DNA of 32,000 bases from Dickeya solani IPO 2222 (GTDB lineage Bacteria > Pseudomonadota > Gammaproteobacteria > Enterobacterales > Enterobacteriaceae), in NCBI RefSeq assembly GCF_001644705.1, contig NZ_CP015137.1, positions 3,420,001-3,452,000 on the forward strand, written 5' to 3'. Position numbers and translations under genes: made by a program. The notes below the pieces were generated by a model. It saw only the letters and a program-made list of their open reading frames with translations, ran no database searches and was not told the origin of the DNA. Each line of letters starts with the position of its first letter. Positions within the stretch are counted from its first letter, which is position 1. Positions 1 to 10,993 of this stretch are shown here, in pieces.

Positions 1-565
1 CATACACGTTGATGTTCACGGTCTTGCCGTTGACCTGATGGGTGCCTTCTCCCAACAAATGGTAGTAGCTGGTCAGTTCAATCAGCTCATCGTAGAACCC
101 GGAGATGTCCTTCGCCCGTTTGAGGATTTCCTCATTGGTGACGATATCGTCAAACACGACAGACGGATCGTTGACGATGTTGCGGATGATGTGGGTATAG
201 GAACGGGAGTGAATAGTTTCCGAGAACGCCCAGGTTTCCACCCAGGTTTCCAGTTCCGGGATGGAGATGAGCGGCAGCAACGCGACGTTAGGGCTACGGC
301 CCTGAATGGAGTCCAGCAGCGTCTGGTATTTCAGGTTGCTGATAAAAATGTGTTTTTCGTGCTCCGGCAATGCCTGATAGTCGATACGGTCGCGGGAAAC
401 ATCCACCTCTTCCGGGCGCCAGAAGAACGAAAGCTGTTTTTCGATCAGCTTTTCGAAAATTTCATATTTTTGCTGATCGTAACGCGCCACGTTAACCGGC
501 TGGCCGAAAAACATCGGTTCCAGCAACTGATTGTTTTTATTCTGTGAAAAAGTGGTATAGGCCAT
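1..565 (-). CDS. nrdB: Class Ia ribonucleotide reductase beta subunit, 5' part only (gene runs off the left edge)
   Basis: Reverse strand from ATG at 565 reads [48 protein letters not shown]..., nearly identical to the remembered E. coli NrdB N-terminus. It lies 178 bp downstream of nrdA, as in the nrdAB operon. It is absent from the ORF track because there is no stop codon inside the window. Confidence 0.93.
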   Translation of the reverse strand, partial: MAYTTFSQNKNNQLLEPMFFGQPVNVARYDQQKYEIFEKLIEKQLSFFWRPEEVDVSRDRIDYQALPEHEKHIFISNLKYQTLLDSIQGRSPNVALLPLISIPELETWVETWAFSETIHSRSYTHIIRNIVNDPSVVFDDIVTNEEILKRAKDISGFYDELIELTSYYHLLGEGTHQVNGKTVNINVY

Positions 566-701
566 GGTTTCTCCAAACAAGCCAACAGCGCGACCCGTAA
601 GGCGGCGCTGTTAAACTTTTGGCAACCCGAACGGGTTGCGTCGTCTCTGCGTCAGGCGCTATCCCGGCAAGGCAGCGACGACAGGATTAGGAATATCGTC
701 A

Positions 702-737
702 CGCCGGGGAAATCCACTGTCGCGGATTTTCCCGGCG
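702..737 (-). other. Intercistronic stem-loop between nrdA and nrdB
   Basis: Arms cgccggggaaatcc (702-715) and ggattttcccggcg (724-737) are complementary over 14 bp with one mismatch, with an 8-nt loop. The structure starts 7 nt after the nrdA stop and has no U-tract, so it is not a classical terminator. Confidence 0.5.
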
Positions 738-743
738 TCGAGC

Positions 744-3032
744 TTAGATCTTGCAGGCGCCGCTTTCGCAGCCGTCATCCTGCGGAGCGGTGTCGAGCAG
801 GTCATCCTGCGCGTCTTCGGCCCCGTCGCGGGTGTTTTGATAGTACAGGGTTTTCAACCCGAACTTATACGCCGTGAGCAGATCTTTCAGCAACTGGGTC
901 ATCGGCACTTTTCCTGACGGGAAGCGTGCCGGATCGTAGTTGGTATTGGAGGAAATCGCCTGATCGATAAATTTCTGCATCAGGCCCACCAGTTGCAGGT
1001 AACCGTCGTTGGACGGCATGTCCCACAGCAGCTCATAGGCGTCTTTCAGCGTTTCGTACTCCGGCACGACCTGGCGCAAGATACCGTCTTTCGACGCTTT
1101 GACGCTGATATGACCGCGCGGCGGCTCAATGCCGTTGGTGGCATTGGAAATCTGCGACGAGGTTTCAGACGGCATCAGCGCCGACAACGTGGAGTTGCGC
1201 AGGCCATAGGTCTGGATGTCTTTACGCAGCGCTTCCCAGTCATGGTGCAGTGGTTCGCTGCAAATATTGTCCAGATCGCGCTTATAGCTGTCGATCGGCA
1301 AAATGCCCTGCGAATACGTGGTTTCGTTAAACCACGGGCAGGCACCCTGTTCGCGCGCCAGCTGATTCGAGGCTTTCAGCAGATAGTACTGAATCGCTTC
1401 GAAGGTGCGGTGCGTTAGGTTGTTGGCGCTGCCGTCGGAGTAGCGCACGCCGTGCTTCGCCAGATAGTAAGCGAAGTTGATCACGCCGATGCCCAGCGTG
1501 CGGCGTCCCATTGCGCCGCGTTTGGCGGCCAGAATCGGGTAGTCCTGATAGTCGAGCAGGGCATCCAGAGCACGCACCGCCAATGTCGCCAATTCTTCCA
1601 GCTCGTGCAGCGAACTGATGGCACCCAGATTGAAGGCCGACAGGGTACAGAGCGCGATTTCGCCGCTTTCATCGTTGACGTCTTCCAGCGGTTTGGTCGG
1701 CAGCGCGATTTCCAGACACAGGTTGGACTGGCGCACCGGGGCGACCAGTGGATCAAACGGGCTGTGCGTGTTGCAGTGGTCGACGTTCTGGATATAGATA
1801 CGGCCGGTTGAGGCGCGTTCCTGCATCATCAGTGAGAACAGTTCCGCCGCCTTGAGCTGCTTCTTGCGAATGCTGCCGTCCTGCTCGTATTTCACGTACA
1901 GGCGCTCGAATTCATCCTGATTGTTGAAGAAAGCATCGTACAGCCCCGGCACGTCGGACGGGCTGAACAGCGTGATGTCTTCGCCTTTGACCAAACGCTG
2001 GTACATCAGCTTGTTGAGCTGTACGCCGTAGTCGAGGTGACGCACGCGGTTGCCTTCTACGCCGCGGTTGTTTTTCAGCACCAGCAGGCTTTCCACTTCC
2101 AGATGCCACAACGGGTAGAACAGCGTGGCCGCACCGCCGCGTACTCCGCCCTGAGAGCAGGATTTCACCGCGGTCTGGAAATGTTTGTAGAACGGAATAC
2201 AGCCGGTGTGGAACGCTTCGCCGCCGCGAATCGGGCTGCCCAGCGCACGAATACGGCCGGCGTTGATGCCGATGCCGGCACGCTGGGAGACGTATTTCAC
2301 GATCGCGCTGGAGGTGGCGTTGATGGAATCCAGGCTGTCGCCGCACTCGATCAGCACGCAGGAGCTGAACTGACGGGTTGGGGTACGTACGCCGGACATG
2401 ATCGGCGTCGGCAGAGAAATTTTGAACGTCGACACCGCGTCATAGAAGCGTTTGACATAGTCCAGACGGGTTTCGCGCGAGTAGCCGGAGAACAGGCAGG
2501 CGGCGACCAGAATATACAGGAACTGGGCGCTTTCGTAGATGTCACCGGTCACGCGGTTTTGTACCAGATATTTCCCTTCCAGCTGTTTTACCGCTGCGTA
2601 GGAGAAATTCATGTCACGCCAGTGATCGATGAAAGCGTCCATCTGAGCAAATTCGTCTTCCGTGTAGTCTTCCAGCAAATGGCGATCGTATTTTCCCATT
2701 TCGACCATTTTCACTACGTGGTCGTACAGCTTCGGTGGTTCGAACTGGCCGTAGGCTTTCTTGCGCAGATGGAAGATAGCCAGACGCGCGGCCAGATACT
2801 GATAGTCTGGGCTTTCGCGGGAGATCAGGTCGGCGGCGGCCTTGATGATGGTTTCGTGGATATCGGCGGTCTTGATGCCGTCGTAAAACTGGATGTGGGA
2901 ACGCAGTTCTACCTGAGAAACCGAGACATTATGTAACCCTTCTGCTGCCCAGGTGATTACCCGGTGGATTTTGTCCAGGTTGATGCGTTCTTTACTGCCA
3001 TCGCGTTTGGTAACAAGCAGACTCTGGTTCAT
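744..3032 (-). CDS. nrdA: Class Ia ribonucleotide reductase alpha subunit
   Basis: The ORF 744..3098 matches remembered E. coli NrdA end to end (MNQSLLVTKRDGSKERINLDKIHRV ... DDGCESGACKI). I place the start at the ATG at 3032 (MNQSLLV), which aligns with the E. coli N-terminus. The track start at 3098 is a GTG that adds 22 unmatched residues. Confidence 0.97.
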   Translation of the reverse strand: MNQSLLVTKRDGSKERINLDKIHRVITWAAEGLHNVSVSQVELRSHIQFYDGIKTADIHETIIKAAADLISRESPDYQYLAARLAIFHLRKKAYGQFEPPKLYDHVVKMVEMGKYDRHLLEDYTEDEFAQMDAFIDHWRDMNFSYAAVKQLEGKYLVQNRVTGDIYESAQFLYILVAACLFSGYSRETRLDYVKRFYDAVSTFKISLPTPIMSGVRTPTRQFSSCVLIECGDSLDSINATSSAIVKYVSQRAGIGINAGRIRALGSPIRGGEAFHTGCIPFYKHFQTAVKSCSQGGVRGGAATLFYPLWHLEVESLLVLKNNRGVEGNRVRHLDYGVQLNKLMYQRLVKGEDITLFSPSDVPGLYDAFFNNQDEFERLYVKYEQDGSIRKKQLKAAELFSLMMQERASTGRIYIQNVDHCNTHSPFDPLVAPVRQSNLCLEIALPTKPLEDVNDESGEIALCTLSAFNLGAISSLHELEELATLAVRALDALLDYQDYPILAAKRGAMGRRTLGIGVINFAYYLAKHGVRYSDGSANNLTHRTFEAIQYYLLKASNQLAREQGACPWFNETTYSQGILPIDSYKRDLDNICSEPLHHDWEALRKDIQTYGLRNSTLSALMPSETSSQISNATNGIEPPRGHISVKASKDGILRQVVPEYETLKDAYELLWDMPSNDGYLQLVGLMQKFIDQAISSNTNYDPARFPSGKVPMTQLLKDLLTAYKFGLKTLYYQNTRDGAEDAQDDLLDTAPQDDGCESGACKI

Positions 3033-3108
3033 GTGGCGTAGCACCTGTTTTTTTGACACGTATTTTGTTTTGCTTGGCTCACCCGTCTTTTTATTCACAA
3101 AAAACGCA

Positions 3109-3124
3109 AATAAAAAAATAGTGT
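3109..3124 (-). promoter_or_regulatory. Candidate NrdR box (promoter-proximal, weaker)
   Basis: Gene-strand reading ACACTATTTTTTTATT keeps the ACACTAT half of the remembered NrdR consensus acaCwAtATaTwgtgt. Its start lies 32 bp from the start of the stronger box, matching the known tandem-box spacing of about 3 helical turns. Confidence 0.4.
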
Positions 3125-3140
3125 TTTCTGTCAGAAGTAA

Positions 3141-3156
3141 ACACTATATATAGGGG
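3141..3156 (-). promoter_or_regulatory. Candidate NrdR box overlapping the likely nrdA -10 region
   Basis: The plus strand reads acactatatatagggg, matching the first 12 positions of the NrdR consensus. The TATATA/TATAGT core is also a plausible -10 element for nrdA. Confidence 0.5.
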
Positions 3157-3226
3157 GTGGGGCGGTTTTTGATAACAAGATAATGTGAAAATTTCCGCAT
3201 TGCAAGTGAGCAAAACGGCTTCCTCT

Positions 3227-3235
3227 TGTGGATAA
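3227..3235 (-). promoter_or_regulatory. Consensus DnaA box upstream of nrdA
   Basis: The plus strand reads TGTGGATAA, which is TTATCCACA on the gene strand, a perfect 9-mer DnaA box. E. coli nrdAB is known to carry DnaA boxes upstream of its promoter. Confidence 0.5.
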
Positions 3236-3475
3236 CATAGGGAATAAATGTTACAAGCGCGCTAAATCCCAGCCACTGCGCGGCTTCCTTTTCTGTCAAC
3301 TGCGGTGGGCGAAAAAATAAAAAAATTGATCAACCGCCGGTTTCTTATCCGACGGCAAAACTATCTGTCTGATCAAAACCGTGTTTCAGATCATTAATTA
3401 AGAATTATCTGAGATTGATATGTCGTCAGGGGACGGGTATGGCGTGGTTTATGCCTGAAAACTTTTTATCTGGCG

Positions 3476-3506
3476 ATAAAAAAGCCGGTGGTTTTACCCA
3501 CCGGCC
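3476..3506 (-). terminator. Rho-independent terminator of ubiG
   Basis: On the minus strand, an 8-bp stem (gccggtgg / ccaccggc at plus 3484-3491 and 3498-3505) is followed by TTTTTTAT. It lies 45 nt after the ubiG stop. Confidence 0.7.
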
Positions 3507-3550
3507 GGGGTATTGGGAAACTGGGGTGTTCCGATCTACACCTGACCGGC

Positions 3551-4345
3551 TCAGCCAAGGTGTGCGGTATGGATCATATAATTGACGTCGACATTGGCGC
3601 CGAGCCGGAAGCTGTCCAGCAGCGGGTTATAGTGCAGACCGATCATATGGCGCTCGCGCAGCGGCGTTTGGTCCACCCAGTCCAGCAGTTCCGCCGGGCG
3701 GATGAACTTTTTGATGTCGTGCGTGCCGCGCGGCACCATATTGGTTAGGTATTCCGCGCCGACAATCAGCATCAGCCAGGCCTTGGCGTTACGGTTGATG
3801 GTGGAGAAAAAGACATGGCCGCCGGGTTTGACCAGCCGGGCGCAGGCCTGCACCACTGAGCGCGGGTCCGGCACATGTTCCAGCATCTCCATACAGGTCA
3901 CCACGTCGTAGGCGCCGGCATGGGCGTCTGCGTGAGCTTCCACCGTCTCCTGCACATAACTGACCTGAATGCCGCTTTCCAGCGCGTGCAACCGGGCTAC
4001 CTGTAATGGTTCGCCGCCCATATCCAGCCCGGTGACGCGCGCGCCTTCCCGCGCCATGCTTTCGGCCAGAATGCCGCCGCCGCAGCCGACATCCAGCACC
4101 TGTTTGCCGAAAATACCGCCGGCGCGTTCGAGGATGTAATTCAGACGCAGCGGGTTGATGCGGTGCAACGGTTTGAATTCGCCTTCCAGATCCCACCAGC
4201 GTGAGGCGACAGCTTCAAATTTGGCGATTTCATCGTGGTCGACGTTCGGGGTCGGGACGGATACCTTCAGCACATCAGGATTGGCGGCGCCTGCGTTTGC
4301 GGTGTCTGTATGTATGGTGTCTGTGTTCATGGCGTCTGTGTTCAT
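3551..4345 (-). CDS. ubiG: Bifunctional 3-demethylubiquinone / 2-polyprenyl-6-hydroxyphenol O-methyltransferase
   Basis: From [35 protein letters not shown] onward the ORF matches remembered E. coli UbiG, including the SAM motif [13 protein letters not shown]. It has a ~24-aa N-terminal extension relative to E. coli. AAGGTGA lies 9-10 nt upstream of the ATG at 4345, which supports that start. An alternative ATG is at 4330. Confidence 0.9.
   Translation of the reverse strand: MNTDAMNTDTIHTDTANAGAANPDVLKVSVPTPNVDHDEIAKFEAVASRWWDLEGEFKPLHRINPLRLNYILERAGGIFGKQVLDVGCGGGILAESMAREGARVTGLDMGGEPLQVARLHALESGIQVSYVQETVEAHADAHAGAYDVVTCMEMLEHVPDPRSVVQACARLVKPGGHVFFSTINRNAKAWLMLIVGAEYLTNMVPRGTHDIKKFIRPAELLDWVDQTPLRERHMIGLHYNPLLDSFRLGANVDVNYMIHTAHLG
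4301..4345 (-). repeat. In-frame 15-bp tandem triplication at the ubiG 5' end
   Basis: The gene strand reads ATGAACACAGACGCC / ATGAACACAGACACC / ATACATACAGACACC, encoding [15 protein letters not shown]. The first two units each carry an ATG. Confidence 0.8.
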
Positions 4346-4414
4346 GGAGAGTGATCACCTTTCATCAATATTGACTGGGGCGAGTATAACCAGCGGAAAG
4401 CGGTTGTTGTAGTC

Positions 4415-4479
4415 GCTAACGCGTGTTGTCGTTGTTAACGCGTATTGTCGTCGTTAACGCGTATTGTCGTCGTTAACGA
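4415..4479. repeat. 19-bp tandem repeat, about 3.4 copies, in the ubiG/gyrA divergent intergenic region
   Basis: Units are gctaacgcgtgttgtcgtt (4415-4433), gttaacgcgtattgtcgtc (4434-4452), gttaacgcgtattgtcgtc (4453-4471) and partial gttaacga (4472-4479). Each full unit has abutting palindromic hexamers GTTAAC and ACGCGT. Confidence 0.85.
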
Positions 4480-4597
4480 TAGCGTTGTGGTTTCTGCGCC
4501 TTGTGATGGCGGTAACGTTGCGGTAACAAACCGCGAGGCACCCCATGAAAGAGGCATCAGGAAACCGGCGCGAAGTTTCCCCTGAAACCCCGGTTTA

Positions 4598-4606
4598 TGA
4601 TATGAT
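4598..4606 (+). promoter_or_regulatory. Candidate extended -10 promoter element for gyrA
   Basis: TGaTATGAT (TGn + TATGAT) lies about 50 bp upstream of the gyrA ATG. I see no good -35, which an extended -10 can tolerate. This rests on the motif only. Confidence 0.35.
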
Positions 4607-4640
4607 TTTCCACCTTTTAAAATCGGGTAGATGTGAATAG

Positions 4641-7289
<2,649 letters not shown>

Positions 7290-7320
7290 CCCTTTCATCC
7301 GTCGGTGATGACCTACCAGA

Positions 7321-7348
7321 GCCAGCGCCCAACGCGCTGGCTTTTTTT
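7321..7348 (+). terminator. Rho-independent terminator of gyrA
   Basis: An 8-bp stem (gccagcgc 7321-7328 / gcgctggc 7334-7341) with a 5-nt loop is followed by T7 (7342-7348). It starts 32 nt after the gyrA stop. Confidence 0.8.
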
Positions 7349-7413
7349 ATGCAGGATCGGTACTGTATCGACTGATCCCGACCTGATTTTCCCGTGCTGA
7401 CAACCTTTACGGT

Positions 7414-10275
7414 ATGCCTTTGAAAGTTATCGCTTCTTTTCAGACCACCCTTAAAGTCTCCCGGTATATGTTCCGGGTGCTGGCGACCACGCTGTGGATT
7501 CTGGGCGCACTGATTTCGGTTTTTTACGTGAACAAGGAACTGAATCAACGGGAATCACATCTGCGACAGATTTTCTCCCTCAATTTCGAACAATCGCTGG
7601 GATATATTCGTCATACCACCGATGTGGCGCGCGAGCTGCGGTACATTGCCGCTAACCGATTCAGCGCGCCTGTCGCGCCACGGGAACGCGGCGCCGCCAA
7701 AAAGACGCCATTCTCTATTTACCCGCTGTCGTCCACTTTTAACTGCGGCGAACAGTATGAGAAGAACCCCGCGCAATTACAGTCGCTGACCGGTTTTTTT
7801 GAACAATGGCATGATGATTTTTCGTCGGTTTATGACCTTAATCGCATCTTTTTTGTCGACAGCAGTCAGCAGTGTATTGTCGATTTTGGCATTCGCAATC
7901 AGTCGCTGGATAGCGACAGCCTGATGAAGAGCGTGCAGGAGCGGTTGCAGAATCAGAAATCCAATCGGGCGGGGAATCGCCGCGAAGAGAGCCTGTTTTG
8001 GGTGATGCCCGGCCCGACGCCGGACGCGGGGTATCTGTACGCGCTGACGCCGGTGTATGTGGATAACCATCTGGTGACCATGATGGGGATCGAACAGACC
8101 ATCCGGCTGGATGACTTTATGTTGAATGGCGACCTGCCGTTCAGTGTCAGATTACTGGATCAGAATGACCGGGTCTTGCTGCAGTTTACCGACAGCCAGT
8201 TCGGCAATAGCCTCAGCCATTACCCTGACTCGAACAACTACTTTGGCTACAGCGATGGCTACGGGGCCTTGTTGATGAAAAAGGCGCTGCCGCCTACGTC
8301 GATGACCGTGGTGTATTCGCTGCCGCTGGAAGTGATTCTGATGTCGCTCAATACGCTGATCATCAATATTGCGTTGTTGAATCTGGCATCGGCTATCTGT
8401 CTGTTTTTACTGACCCGATTGTTTGAGCGTAAAATTTTCCTGCCGGCGGAGCGCAACGCGTTCCAGTTGGAAGAGAACGAACAGTTTAACCGCAAAATTG
8501 TGGCGTCGGCGCCGGTAGGCATCTGCATTCTGAGGATCAGCGACGGCACCAATATCATCAGCAACGAACTGGCGCATAACTACCTCAGCCTGCTGACGTA
8601 TGAAGACCGGGTGCGTATTGTGCGCATCATCTGCGAGCAGCAATCCAAATCGCTGGATGTGGTGACCGGGCGCAATCACCATCTGCAAATCAGTTTTGTA
8701 CACTCGCGCTATCGTAACGAGAATGTGGCCATCTGCGTGCTGCTCGACGTCAGCGCCCGTGTGCGAATGGAAGAGTCATTGCAGGAAATGGCCAACGCCG
8801 CCGAGCAGGCCAGCCAGTCCAAATCGATGTTTTTGGCGACAGTCAGCCATGAATTGCGCACACCGTTGTATGGCATTATCGGCAATCTGGACTTGCTGCA
8901 AACGAAATCGCTGCCATCGGATGCTAACCGGCTGGTGACGGCGATGCAAAACTCCTCGTCGCTGTTGCTGAAGATCATCAGCGACATTCTTGATTTCTCC
9001 AAGATCGAGTCGGAACAGCTGAAGATCGAGCCCAGTGAATTCGCGCCGCGCGAGGTGATAAACCATATCGTGAGTAACTACCTGCCGCTGGTGGTGAAAA
9101 AACGGCTGGTGCTGTATTGCTATATCGATCCTAACGTCCCCTTCCGGCTGCTGGGCGATGCGGTGCGGTTGCAGCAGGTGTTGAGCAATTTGCTCAGTAA
9201 TGCCATCAAGTTTACCGATACCGGCTGTATCGTGTTCCAGGTGGTGTGCTGCGATGACGGTTACCTGGTGTTCAAGATGCGGGATACCGGCGTCGGTATC
9301 GATACCCGCGCGGTGATGAAATTGTTTGATCCCTTCTTTCAGGCCGGGACCGGGGTTCAACGCCATTTTCAGGGCACCGGGCTGGGGCTGGCGATTTGTG
9401 AAAAGCTGGTCAGCCTGATGGATGGGGACATCACCATTGAATCCGAACCGGGGCTTGGCAGCGAGTTCGGCATTCGCATTCCGCTTTACCGCGCCCACTA
9501 TCCGAAGACGTTGCAGGTGCCGGATTTTCAGGGGAAAACCTGCTGGTTACAGATTCGCAATGCGCTGATGGAACGCTATCTTCTGGGCTTGCTGAATGCC
9601 TGTGGTCTGGATGCGCAGCGGTACGAAGAAGGACAGCCTGTCGATAGAGATGACGTGGTGATTTTTGATCATGTGCCGGATACGTTGCCAAATGCGCACG
9701 CCTGTGTGGAGATTAGCGGCATGCAGGCTGGCGCCGCACAGGAGGTACGGGCAGGTTACTGGCTGCACAGTACGGCAGCATTGCACGAATTGCCGGTGTT
9801 GTTGCAACGTATTTATCGGGGTGAGGATGAATTGTCCACGGCGGCGCTGTCCTTGCCGTCAGTCAGTTACAATCGCAGCGAAAATGGTGATGTTCGCCTT
9901 CTGGTGGTGGATGATCATCCGATTAACCGCCGTTTGCTGGCCGATCAACTCGGTTCGCTAGGGTATCAGGTCATTACGGCCAATGACGGGCTGGATGCGC
10001 TGGACGTGCTGGCGAAAAATCCGGTGGATATTATCCTTACCGACGTCAACATGCCGAATATGGACGGTTACCGTTTTACCCAGCGGTTGCGGGAAATGGC
10101 GCTGACTTTACCAGTGATTGGTGTCACCGCCAATGCGCTGGCGGAAGAGCGGCAGCGCTGTCTGCAGGCCGGTATGGATAACTGTTTGTCCAAACCGGTG
10201 ACGCTGGATACGTTGCAGCAGTCGTTGTCGTATTACAGCAATTTGGTCAGGCAAAACAAGTCGACTCAGGGGTAA
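7414..10275 (+). CDS. rcsC: Hybrid sensor histidine kinase of the Rcs phosphorelay
   Basis: The 953-aa ORF aligns with remembered E. coli RcsC, from ASFxTTLKxSRYMF at the N-terminus onward. It carries the H-box MFLATVSHELRTPLYGIIGNLDLL, the G-boxes (FQGTGLGLAICEKL) and the C-terminal receiver (LVVDDHPINRRLLADQLGSLGY ... DVNMPNMDGY). Confidence 0.95.
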   Translation: MPLKVIASFQTTLKVSRYMFRVLATTLWILGALISVFYVNKELNQRESHLRQIFSLNFEQSLGYIRHTTDVARELRYIAANRFSAPVAPRERGAAKKTPFSIYPLSSTFNCGEQYEKNPAQLQSLTGFFEQWHDDFSSVYDLNRIFFVDSSQQCIVDFGIRNQSLDSDSLMKSVQERLQNQKSNRAGNRREESLFWVMPGPTPDAGYLYALTPVYVDNHLVTMMGIEQTIRLDDFMLNGDLPFSVRLLDQNDRVLLQFTDSQFGNSLSHYPDSNNYFGYSDGYGALLMKKALPPTSMTVVYSLPLEVILMSLNTLIINIALLNLASAICLFLLTRLFERKIFLPAERNAFQLEENEQFNRKIVASAPVGICILRISDGTNIISNELAHNYLSLLTYEDRVRIVRIICEQQSKSLDVVTGRNHHLQISFVHSRYRNENVAICVLLDVSARVRMEESLQEMANAAEQASQSKSMFLATVSHELRTPLYGIIGNLDLLQTKSLPSDANRLVTAMQNSSSLLLKIISDILDFSKIESEQLKIEPSEFAPREVINHIVSNYLPLVVKKRLVLYCYIDPNVPFRLLGDAVRLQQVLSNLLSNAIKFTDTGCIVFQVVCCDDGYLVFKMRDTGVGIDTRAVMKLFDPFFQAGTGVQRHFQGTGLGLAICEKLVSLMDGDITIESEPGLGSEFGIRIPLYRAHYPKTLQVPDFQGKTCWLQIRNALMERYLLGLLNACGLDAQRYEEGQPVDRDDVVIFDHVPDTLPNAHACVEISGMQAGAAQEVRAGYWLHSTAALHELPVLLQRIYRGEDELSTAALSLPSVSYNRSENGDVRLLVVDDHPINRRLLADQLGSLGYQVITANDGLDALDVLAKNPVDIILTDVNMPNMDGYRFTQRLREMALTLPVIGVTANALAEERQRCLQAGMDNCLSKPVTLDTLQQSLSYYSNLVRQNKSTQG

Positions 10276-10336
10276 GTCAGGCCGGCTTTGGCGGGGAAGG
10301 CCGGCGAGCAGGTCACCCCGTTCGCCGGCAAGAGAA

Positions 10337-10987
10337 TTACTCTTTGTCAGACGGCGACACGCCGACCGAGGAGAGGTAGTTCAGCAGGGCGATATCGTTG
10401 TCCACGCCAAGTTTGGTCATGGCCGATTTCTTCTGGCTGCTGATGGTCTTGATGCTGCGGTTGAGTTTTCTGGCGATTTCAGTAACCAGGAACCCTTCGG
10501 CAAACAGGCGCAAAACCTCGCTTTCCTTGGGGGATAGGCGCTTGTCGCCATAACCGCTGGCGCTGATTTTTTCCAGTACTTTGCTGACGCTTTCCGGTGT
10601 GAATTTTTTGCCTTTCTGCAACGCGGCCAGCGCTTTGGGCAGGTCGGTTGGCGCGCCCTGTTTCAGAACAATCCCTTCGATATCCAGTTCCAGCACGGCG
10701 CTGAGAATGGCCGGATTATTGTTCATGGTCAGTACAATGATCGACAGGTGCGGGAAATGGCGCTTGATGTATTTGATCAAGGTAATGCCGTCGCCGTATT
10801 TATCCCCCGGCATGGATAGATCGGTGATCAGGACATTGGCGTCCAGTTTGGGAAGATTGTTAATCAGGGCTGTCGAGTCTTCGAATTCACCCACGACGTT
10901 AACCCATTCGATTTGTTCCAGCGACTTTTTAATGCCAAACAAAACAATAGGATGGTCGTCTGCAATAATTACGTTTAGATTGCTCAT
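10337..10987 (-). CDS. rcsB: Rcs phosphorelay response regulator (LuxR/FixJ-type)
   Basis: The 216-aa ORF is nearly identical to remembered E. coli RcsB (NVIIADDHPIVLFGIxKSLEQIEWVNVVGEFEDSTALINNLPKLDA, D56 context LITDLSMPG, and an HTH in the C-terminus). Confidence 0.97.
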   Translation of the reverse strand: MSNLNVIIADDHPIVLFGIKKSLEQIEWVNVVGEFEDSTALINNLPKLDANVLITDLSMPGDKYGDGITLIKYIKRHFPHLSIIVLTMNNNPAILSAVLELDIEGIVLKQGAPTDLPKALAALQKGKKFTPESVSKVLEKISASGYGDKRLSPKESEVLRLFAEGFLVTEIARKLNRSIKTISSQKKSAMTKLGVDNDIALLNYLSSVGVSPSDKE

Positions 10988-10993
10988 TGTTTT

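Noticed and set aside
4415-4479. Tandem repeats at 4415-4479 and 31113-31160, considered as possible CRISPR arrays.
   Set aside because: The units are directly adjacent with no spacers and are only 19 and 13 bp long. No cas genes or leader are present.
10300-10329. A hairpin (gccggcga ... tcgccggc, 14-nt loop) between convergent rcsC and rcsB, and a similar GC-rich hairpin at 25217-25250 between yfaY and cnoX.
   Set aside because: They are plausible bidirectional terminators by position. However, the loops are large or bulged and neither strand has a U-tract, so I did not list them as features.
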